Assembly: GCA_012295275.1 (NCBI GenBank)
Contig: CM022665.1
Span: forward strand, 11,346,001-11,410,000
DNA: 64,000 nt
Source of the DNA: Chrysomallon squamiferum
Lineage: Eukaryota; Animalia; Mollusca
Direction: 5' to 3'
Shown: piece after piece, positions 53,901 through 64,000 of the stretch
How positions within the stretch are numbered: position 1 is the first letter of the stretch
How the letters are laid out: every line of letters begins with the position of its first letter
Notes under the pieces: generated by a model
What the model saw: the letters and a program-made list of their open reading frames with translations, nothing else
What the model was told of the DNA's origin: nothing
Databases searched by the model: none
Program-made: the position numbers and the translations under genes

Positions 53901-56615
53901 TAAATATTTTTACTCAGAACTCATCCTGGATGAGAAATTAAATAGTGTTGGAAATCACTAAAATTATTAAAAAAAAGTTAATCTGTAACATGAATTTGTA
54001 TTTCAGGAATTTTGGACACTGTTATTGTTGATAAAGGTAGAAATATTATTTCATGTGGCATGGATGGAACAGCAAAACTGTGGGATGTGGGGCATCAGTC
54101 ATGTCTGACAACTTTTAATGAGTGCAATGGCATTGTGAACGCTTGTTCTTTGCATACTACTGACAACTCAATAGATCTTGGTACTTCAAATAGACCACCA
54201 AGTAAATATTGTAATCATAGTAAATTATTATTTAAGTTTTCATTTATTATTATTAATATTATTTTAATTAGTAATACTGAAGGAGCATTTTAATTAATGA
54301 TTTTAAAGTGTCTAATTATTTTGGAAACAAATTTAATTGAATGAAATATTATTTCTTTTTAAATACTATTTTATCATTATGTGTTTTTAACTTTTTTTTA
54401 AATTTAATTTTTTTCTTTTTTTTTTTTCTTCTTGGTAAATTATTTTTTTAAAAACACATAATCACCAAAAGAAAATTTCTAAAATTTGTGTTGTAACTAG
54501 TTCTTAAGTTTCATAATAAACCAACCATAATTTATATCCATTTCAATTGCAGTCATTATTTTATTGACTTCAAGGATAACCTGTAACTTATATTTGATTT
54601 AATTAAAGTCTCCAAAATTAAAAAAAAACAGTATGGTTTATGATTGTTCTGTCAAATGTTGTTTGTAGATGAAAGGGAAGTGGCAACAGAAGGTAAAATG
54701 TTATTGCTAGCTTGTGAAAATTCAACATTACAAGGATATGGTCTTTACTCTAGATCCAAGGTATAAAACAGAAACATACAGCTTTATTTTTTATTTTCAC
54801 TAATATTGCCTTTTCACTGTAATAAATTTTATTGATTTTTTTTTAATTGGTAATGCTAATTTCTTATAAATATGTAAATTGTTTTTTAATCTGAAAACAA
54901 ATATTTATATAAAACAAACAACTGTTACAGCATCAAAGATTTGATAAATGTTAATCAGAAGAATATATAATTTAAAATGTTTTCTGTCAAAAATCTTCAG
55001 TGAAAAACATTCATATAACAATATAGTGATGAACATGATGAGTTTAACATTATTCTTTATGTTGATATCTGTTTTTATTTTTATTTTTATGACAGATTTT
55101 TGAACTGGAGTGTCACAGTCCAGTAAACGCATGTGCTTTCATGTCAGACATGACTGCAGTTTGTGGCACACAGGATGGGCACATAACTCTTGTAGATTTG
55201 AGGAATGTTAGGTATGGCCTATAATCTGTATTTGGTATTGTTTTAAATAATTTGTAAATGTTTTTCTTATAACATAATTAAATGTACATTTAAAACATGT
55301 AATTAATATGGATACCTACTTAGATAATATATAACTGGCATTTTTGTTGTGTATGGTTTCACAGTTACAAAAAGAGACAGATATAAAATACAGAAATTAA
55401 ATATATGATATTATTTCATTAATTTTGTAACATTTCTTGTTTGTTTTTCATTTTAAAATAAATTATAGTTTTAACCATTTCCTTGCAATAAGCAGATATA
55501 TCTCCATTCAAACTTTTAGTACCTTTAAAGTTTTACCCAAGGACTTGAAAAAAAAAGAAAAAAAATGTTTTGTTACAAGTAGTGGACAACCCCAGCCCCA
55601 CCCCAAGATTCAGTTCACAGAATACTGTATCAGCTCAGTATGTGTTGGCCATCTATGGGGCAGCAGTACAACTATTAGAATTGATGGTTTTGTCGGAAAT
55701 TTAAATATGCAGTGACAGGGTTAAAGTAAATAAAAGTATTTAATTCTGCCCATTGTTCATTACAGATTCGCACATCATGTAAAATAATAAATTTACTTAT
55801 TATTGCAGTGTTCCTATAAAAGAGTGGAAGGAATCAAGATCAGCAATCTTATCTCTTTTACCATACAAACAAGGTTTCTTTGTTTCTACAGGTAAAACTT
55901 CCATTACTTTTCTATATATATATATATTTTTTTTTTTCTTATTATTATTATGTCAGTATCTTGTTAACTTAAAAGAGTAGTTTTAGTGGTATAAAGAATG
56001 CACTTAAATACAGCTTTCATGGTACCAAATTTTCAGATGATATTTTTATTTATTCTGGCAATGAGTCGTATCTTCTTCTTACATAAAAATGTGAAATCAA
56101 GACATTGAAGAACAAACCAAATTATGAATTTGTATGTTTTATTTTTCTGTACTAAATAACATCAAATATTTGCAACATGTAGCATATAAGAGATAACACA
56201 AATTAAACTGATAACCGAGTATTTAAAAAATAAATAACAATAACAACAACAACAACAACATAAAAACACAAGTTTTAATTAAATCATAACATCATAGGCA
56301 GAGAAAACAAACCTTTTTCTTATTATTGTTTTAAAATCTTGCTCAGAATCTTTTAAAAAAAAAATTTGGTTGTTTTTTTCTTTAGCTCTATTCTTCACCT
56401 TTTAAAGTTTTCTACTTTATTTGGATATTATTTTTAAAACTTCTGTTTTCAAAGGTGATGGTTCTGCTTTCTACGTGGATGAAAGACAAGAATGTATGAC
56501 AGAACTATCTGGCTCAGACTGTGATCCACTGTATCGAATAGTGTGTGATGGAACACATGTGTATACTGGGTGCAGAGACAGTGCTATAAGAAAATATAAT
56601 TTGGTAAATTTGTGA
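47355..56615 (+). CDS. PAAF1: Proteasomal ATPase-associated factor 1 (WDR71/Rpn14-like), ~396 aa, 11 exons
   Basis: N-terminus MAAVMHRLILQSDWDYVLWENRGEAWV matches the PAAF1 QSDW..GEAW pattern; WD40 repeats GHVADVYTCKFFPSGIVVLSGGADMLLKIWSAE and GRNIISCGMDGTAKLWD; C-terminus ELSGSDCDPLY...YTGCRDSAIRKY. Exons: 47355-47410, 47531-47571, 48043-48146, 48519-48614, 52590-52685, 53173-53323, 54007-54201, 54669-54760, 55096-55211, 55809-55891, 56455-56615; phases are consistent. Confidence 0.93.
47880..47976. repeat. (TTTA)n/(ATT)n microsatellite
   Basis: Visible tandem repeat. Confidence 0.9.
50640..52450 (-). mobile_element. Fossil DNA transposon (possibly Academ-like) in PAAF1 intron 4
   Basis: Frameshifted ORF remnants 51881-51471 (GDNLLVLSSPG...VSKTLLYLLSKLS...IGLIIT...LQTDLG) and 51484-51296 (FRCSYDEVLHYK). 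Oppositely oriented (C)AAGATGGC/GCCATCTTG-type motifs lie near both ends (~50696, ~50835, ~52170, ~52313). Family assignment is from recall only. Confidence 0.6.
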
Positions 56616-56737
56616 CCAAACAAATAATACAAGTTTGACGGAAGTATTTGTGCTATATGATATGGATGTGACCATGAGAATTGTTGAAGATAAATTATAT
56701 TCTTTTTAAAAGTTAATTTTTTTTTTTATTATTATTT

Positions 56738-56769
<32 letters not shown>

Positions 56770-59692
56770 TTTTTCTTCTATTGTTGCCATTGCTGCATCA
56801 GCACAGCTTTAAGCATTTTAAAAATGTTGGTTGTATTTTTGGTTTTGGTTTGTACTTGTGACAACAGATATTCAAAATCATCAATCTAATACCATTTGAC
56901 AGTGAAATGTGAAATTCAGTGCATCGTCTTCTTACAATGGATACTCGGTAGAATTTCAGATGAAGATAAATTTTCCACAATGAACATTATTAGTAATGAT
57001 CACTATAATGTTGTTATTTAAATGATTACTATTGATAACATCATTCAGTTTGTGAAATTGTTTAGTGTTTAGAACAACAGATCTGATTAAATGAACAAAA
57101 GAATAATTATTGTTTTAATAAAAATATTATTTATTTATTTGTTTATTTTGTACAGACAAATTGAATAATTCTCTTGCTTTTATTTTTTGTTCTTTTGGTT
57201 TTACCAATTGGTCTCATAAGTAATGAAATAAAATTAAAATTTTGCTTATTTAATATAAAACAGTTTTTTAAATATTATTGTTTTTTCTGTATACATTTAG
57301 ATAATACATTTTAAAATAATTTTTTCAACATGACATTTCTTCAAGTTTAAATATTAAACTGTAAATACTGACTTTCTGAATTTTCAATTTTAAAATAAAC
57401 ACACTCACACACAGAAAAAAGATATATTTTTCCAGAATGTATCTGGATTATGTTTATATTAGTTAACATGTTAACCTTTGATGCAGAGGTATTGATAAAA
57501 ACCAAATATTTTGGCATATGTTATTTAGTATTTTAATAAAATAAAAAATGTGATTATGATATTGATTGAAACATAAAAATAAATTGTTATCATCATATCT
57601 ACAAGTTCTGAATAAATTGTTTTTAAATTGTATTTACAGGTTTTGTTTTTGGTGGGTTTTCTTTTTTTGTTAGTTTGGTGGGGGGTCTTGCACATTTCCT
57701 ATTATTATTCTTTTATTAGTTAATTAAATAAAACATTGAAGTGTCACCTAAAGCAAATAAAATTGTGTCATAATTCGAGAAAAATGTAACAAAACATTAA
57801 CCTACTTGACATAAAATAACTATTAATATTAAAATGTGTTGCCATGTAATAAACTTACAGTATTTTTCATATGTGACTGTAAATAAATGTGACAGTGCTT
57901 TTAAATTTTTATTCATTAAACTAGGTTTAATACATATATTTTTTGGTACAAATTTATATTATTTTGTTGTATTTTGGTCTTAGATTTTAAATGTTTTACC
58001 AAATTATTTGAAATTAGGGAATACTATACAAACTATGCCAGGTTTTAAATCACTAATCTAGACTTCACGCAATATTTTGTTCTAGCAAAGCCTATAGAGC
58101 CACTGGAAAATTGCACGTAAGTGAGGTAAGATTAAGACAAAAAGTGTAAATGTTATAAACCTATAGTATTTAAAATTTAGCTTTCTTTAGAAAAAAAAAG
58201 TTTATATTACTTATATTTTGAAATCGCCAAAGACTGGCAGAATCTAAAACATTACCAATGGATAAACAATATCTTTAGAGCCAAGAAATCTGAATTCTCA
58301 TTCAAGATTTTTTTGTTAATTTATTTTTTTATTTTTTTTAAATAATAATAATAATAAATATTTAAATATATTTATTTTATAAAATTGCCATAAATTTAAT
58401 TATTTATATAGCTATATGCAGTCCTGAAAACAAATACGGACAAATGTGAAAAAGTAGCTATGAAAAAAAAAAAAGTTCAATAAAAAATGTTTTCACTGCG
58501 TTATTGCCAAGGTTTTCTGCTTTATCACAATGGATCTGGGTACACGGACATCGTCCAAAAAGTTATCATTACTCCAGTAATGTTATCGTTCCCGAGGATT
58601 AGCAAACATTCACAGTGAAAAGAAGTTTTTCAAGAGATTTACATGTTACAAAGACCAAGCTGTCAAAATGTAACACCATGAAATTTATTTCCCTTTTGAG
58701 ATAACATATCTAAAACATTTTATAATTTTATACCAGTATACAGTGTCTTTTTCTCTGCTACTTTAAACTCCTGATACAAATCCCACTGACATGTACACTG
58801 ACTGATAACTTATGCAATGTCTTATATGTCAGTAATATGATATTAACTAATTGTTGGCTATTTTTTTTTTTTTTTTTTAGAAATGTTTAAATTTTTAATG
58901 ATAAAGAGTATCTGCCTTTAATATTGTTACATAAATATTTTTCAGAAAAATTCTCTGATCATTTTACGTAAAACAGATTAAAAAAATAACAAAAATGTAT
59001 TCTTTAATCAAATTTAAATCATGCTCAAAATCTTCCTTATAAAGTGGAAATTTAATCTTTGTAGCCACCACTGTTATTTATTATTATTAATTAACTTCGT
59101 AAATAATTAATTGCTTTTTGTTGGTTTATATTTTGTACACATACACACACATAACAAAATATAATTAATTCTATATGTTTATTTTACCCTGAATATACAA
59201 CAACTAAACAAAAATTTTGACTCGTCCTATGACTCCTTACTTCATTACGGAATTCCTATTACATTGGTCACATCATTATAAAGATCATTCGTTTTGGAAT
59301 GCCTTGATGAATACGTACAAAGGAAAGCTACTGCTGACCAGTGTATAGTGTACTTACTGCCCATCTGCCCTGTTGATACGACAGGGCTGTGTTTTGTTTG
59401 TGAAACGTGACTGAAATGTTCTCGCCTGCAAAGCAATAATTATACGTGTTAGGTGTTTTATAAATATTCATCTTACGGAGCAGCTGTATTATTTGGTAAA
59501 GGCAGAGAAGCTGCAAGGCGTATGATAAATGATCATTTACATGATAATTATTTCAAATTATATTCAGCTAGAGTTGAAGATGAACGAATTATGCTGATAT
59601 AATATTGTCAGCTTCTTTTGTTACTATTAGAGCTGCTATATTATTTCTGAAACTTAAGCGAAGTCCATTTTTAGATATAATAATAGTCATAG

Positions 59693-59693
<1 letters not shown>

Positions 59694-59748
<55 letters not shown>
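59694..59748. repeat. (TAA)n microsatellite
   Basis: Visible trinucleotide run. Confidence 0.9.
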
Positions 59749-59751
<3 letters not shown>

Positions 59752-61829
59752 CACTGGTCACTGTACGACATCGACTGACCCCCACCAACAATGTAATATT
59801 GTATTTGTATTATATGATTGGCATCAGTGCATATACCTCACAATATCAGTAAAAACATATTAAAAACAAACACTCATGTATCCTACAGCTAGGTGAACTT
59901 TGGCTGAAACAAGAATGAAAGATTCTTTGATGATAATTTGGTCAGAGTTCTTGCAGTATCTGCAGGCGCATCGATAATCAGAGTTTTTTCACCTTTTATT
60001 TTTCTTTCTTCTTTTATTTATTTATTTATAGTCTAATTATATACACAGACATTATTATTGTTATTATTATTATTATTATTACTACTACTACTGCAATAAC
60101 AGCAGCAGTGAAACCGATTTATAATCATTATTGTTATTATCACGATCATCATTAATTTTAATAATAACAACAACAGAAACTACTTCTACTGCTGCTGTTA
60201 CTGTTACAACTACTAAGATTACCATTACTACAGCTACTACTAATACAACTAATTCTAGTACAGTAGCACAAATAACAACAACAGCAAAACCGGTAATAAT
60301 TATCATCTTCATTATCACCATCAACATTAGTTTTAATAACAAAACATATTCACACATGCGCGCAAACACAAAGAAATAGAAAGAAGAAGAAATCCACCAA
60401 TGATCTGAACTCTTTAAGCAGCTGTTGAGATAAACTGAAAACATTTGGGTTTATTATACCTCGATGATGAAATACCAGTGACCCCATTTCATTTCATTAA
60501 TTTTTTTTTTTTTTTTTTTATATTATTTACGTAGATCGGTCATAACGCCGTGGTTCGCTATCCGCAACAACGTCGTTGTTAGGGTATAAAATTCAAGGCA
60601 TCCTGTTTTTGTGTCTTTGAACTTGCCTGGTGTTCATAATCCAGTTTCAGTACAGACCGAGATATTTGTATAGAGAACGTACATAGCAATTTAAAATTTA
60701 AATTTGCATCCCTTTTAGCAGACTTTCACCAATTATGGCTTTGTGCTTTGTAGGGTGTCGTTGAACAATTTTTATAAACATGTTTCGCTCGAGTGGGTCG
60801 AGGATAATTTTTTTGTAAAGGGATTGTGCTGATATTTTCCATTGCATTCTCTGATATCACGGGTTTATCAAACTGCAGATACTGCTGTGGACTTTTTATT
60901 TTTATTATTATTATTTTTTTAACATGAAAGCATGCTCTGGACCATTTGGCCGCACCACCTAATGATCCGTAACAAAGCTGAACTCATTCATTTATAAAAC
61001 ATCATTACCCAGAACATACTTAATTTAGCTAATAACTGATTATATACTCTTTTTTCGTTTTGTTTTGTTTTATTTTGTTTTGTTTTGTTATTATTCTGCT
61101 TAAATTGTTCAAACAATATATCAACAAGACACGCGACTTTTTCAAAACGTTTTGTTTAACATAGGTCGCGTGTACGCTCATCGAAAGAAAACAAAAAACA
61201 ACTTTGTCAAGGTGATCTAAGGTCATAGTGATCTGGCTTTTGGGACGTACAATAATAATAATGCCAACGAAGCATAATTCTGAATAGATGTTCTCGAGTT
61301 ACACACACTCCATTCACAATTGCAAACATATCAAGAGGACACCGTCAATGGAACCGGCAGCACGTCACTAAACCCACAATAGTACATAATAATTCCGTGT
61401 CACTGGAAACGCACACTGACATTTTGGTACTTGCCACCATCATCTCGTATAACAGATTTCAGTTTCCAAAAATTAGATCACCCACATACAGCACAGAAAA
61501 ACAAATTATCATAATAAAAAAAAAATTAAAAAAAAAAGGTTTCCGCTTCGTTTTGGAACATCAAAAAGTGACACTTCAAAAGAAACAACATCATGATAGT
61601 GTTATTGCGGTTATCATTCAGGTGGATTTTAACATTTTGAGAACTTGACTTTCCATATAATAAAACTTGTATGAATGACAAAGAGACAGACTGAGAGGCA
61701 GAGGAAGAGGGAGAGGGAAAGAGACGGAGAGACAGAGAGAATCATGCGCTTTTATGAAATGTGTTCATAAGGATGCATACAATATTTTTCATTCGGGTAA
61801 CACGAAGGTGTAGTCATTTACTATTTCAC

Positions 61830-62032
61830 ACCATACAGCATAACATACCACACTCACATACACCAAACTTCACATCTTACATACGACACATAAACTACAC
61901 TGTAAACCAATCACACCGCATACGTACGACGCATACCTACACCACACACCACACTTCAAACACACACTCCATACAACACAGTTATACACTGTATATAAAC
62001 ACCATGTCATATACAGATTATACCACACTACT

Positions 62033-62073
<41 letters not shown>
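61830..62073. repeat. CA-rich low-complexity region ending in (CA)n
   Basis: Visible low-complexity tract. Confidence 0.8.
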
Positions 62074-62075
<2 letters not shown>

Positions 62076-64000
62076 AATTTAAAAATGTACAGTTATTTGT
62101 TCTTTACTTTTTTATCACCAGCTTTGTTTGTTTTTGTTTTAAAAAGAAAACCCCAAAACGAAACTGCTTCTAGTACATAGAACAGCTGACCCCTTAGGCT
62201 GTGTTGTAACATCAAGTTCATGGGAATGTAAATAAAATATTCAACCGCCTACGACGGCTAACTATCGGCACTTATTCTGGTTATGACAGTCTTTGCACTT
62301 CACACGCTTAGTATTAAGTTTTAAACGACCGATAATTTATTTTCTTTTTCTTTTATGTATACTTTTTTTCTTTAGTTTTGTTGTCGCTTGTTTGTTTGTT
62401 GCTGGGTTTTTTAAATTCTTTTTATAGTTTTTATTATTATTATTGTTTTTTTTATGTGAATGTATTTGTTATTTATTTACTTATTTTTTATTTTAAAATA
62501 ATTTATTTTGCTTTGTTTTATTTTATTTTATTTTTTTTTTTTTTTTTTTTTTATTATTATTTATTTTTTTATTTTCCTTTTTATGATGATATCAATTTAG
62601 AAAATTCTGTTTTTGCAAGTCTTGCTCTCTCTACATATTTTTTCTATCATTATATTTTTTTCTTTCTTTCAAAACATTTTCAAACTCTTTGAAAATTAAC
62701 CAAGATACAGTTTGCATATAAGTATCGAATGAAAAATAACAGAACAAATTTGCCATTGTAAATATACTTGCATATTTATGAACAGGCTAAATGACACCTT
62801 TCCAATATGAAAAGGTTATTTTAGTGTCAAAACATGGAAACATGTATTTACATAATTACATGTTATAAAAGAAGGTGTCATACGTGAATATTTGTTTATT
62901 TCTTTTCTATTTTTTCTTCCTTTCTTTCTTTATTTATCATCATCATCATCATCATCATTATTTATTTATTTAATTTTATTATTATATTATTTTATCATAA
63001 TTTTTTTTTAAAGTAATATTCTAATACTGCCAAACGCATACTTAAATAAAGTTGTGGTGAAACAATGTTTAAAGGGGACTGCTCTATCAGATAGTGCACC
63101 CCATTTTAACCTTTATTTTAATTTTTAATTTTTTTTTTTTTTTTTCCATTCTCATAAAGTAAAAATATCGTATTTTCCCTTTTGTTTTCATTTAAAACAT
63201 TTCTGTAAACATTTTCTTTTCTTTAATTTTATTTTCATTTTTATTTAGTTATTTTATTATATTATATATTTTAGTATTTTCTTTACTTTATTTTCTTTTA
63301 TTTATTTTGTATTGCCATCTGAAAAATAATTGTTTTATTATTTCATTCTTTTGTTTTCATTAACACAGTAAAATAAAGTATTTAAAACTATTCACAGTCC
63401 TGGGGGTTTTTTTTGTTGTTTTTTTATATTATTTATTTATTTATTTATTTATTTATTAATATTATTCATGTATTTGCTGTTGCTGCTGCTTCTGTTGTTG
63501 TTGCTGCTGTTGTTATTATTATTATTATAATTTTACTTTGTTGAAAAAACAGCTCAAATGCATAAATTTAGCCAGCTGACACTGAATCCACCCACACCTA
63601 CGCACACTAGCATAAGCAAACGTGCACTGATCGTGTGAATTATGTACTGTCACTTGATAAATATGCAGTTTTTACTAAATAACCACAATGATGAAAAAAA
63701 AAAAAAAAAAAAAAAATGTTGTTCAGACCACTTCTTTCATAAAGAAGTTTAAAAATATATATATATATAAGGCCGTCTCAATAACAAACAAAAAAAATTA
63801 TAATAATAAAAAAAAAAATATCAGCTGACTTTTGTGTATTCACAGTGTTTTTTCTTCTTCTTTCTGTATAATGAAAAACCCTGCAGAACTGGTTTACCGC
63901 TGAACTTATTACGACTGCCGTATGACTTATCTTTCACTGTAGACTTCTATCTGCTTGGCTACCTATAATAACAACAGTACGTCCTATATATTGGATCACG

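Noticed and set aside
7886-56615. U12-type or GC-AG introns
   Set aside because: All junctions I resolved are GT-AG, and none has the RTATCCTT donor.
60088-60444. Hydrophobic or Thr-rich ORFs
   Set aside because: Derived from degenerate trinucleotide low-complexity sequence.
60583-60625. TATAAAA followed by a short hairpin
   Set aside because: No downstream gene identified; such motifs are expected by chance in AT-rich DNA.
63926-63963. Possible terminal minus-strand exon (VAKQIEVYSER*)
   Set aside because: Too short and near the window edge; cannot be supported without flanking sequence.

Overview
AT-rich, intron-rich animal genomic DNA, probably a mollusc or other lophotrochozoan (inferred from gene content and repeat style, not proven). 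Most entries in the supplied ORF track are microsatellite or antisense noise; the real genes appear only after manual splicing. In order: (1) the 5' part of a minus-strand IAP/BIRC gene with a canonical BIR domain split over two exons; (2) a cluster of NF-kB-like sites and a CRE; (3) a divergently oriented, decayed IAP copy whose C3HC4 RING exon is still intact; (4) LTN1/Listerin (+, 31 coding exons, ~1742 aa); (5) TIMM13 (-, 3 exons, 93 aa, absent from the ORF track); (6) WDTC1/DCAF9 (-, 14 coding exons, ~704-706 aa); (7) PAAF1 (+, 11 exons, ~396 aa), head-to-head with WDTC1 and carrying a fossil DNA transposon in intron 4. The last ~7 kb has no identifiable gene. The strongest novel observation is in WDTC1: two tandemly duplicated, homologous, phase-matched versions of exon 7 (86 and 92 nt), of which exactly one must be included to keep the frame. 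The intron between them contains a long-range inverted repeat, a candidate RNA-structure switch for mutually exclusive splicing. All coordinates were counted by hand and no database searches were run.
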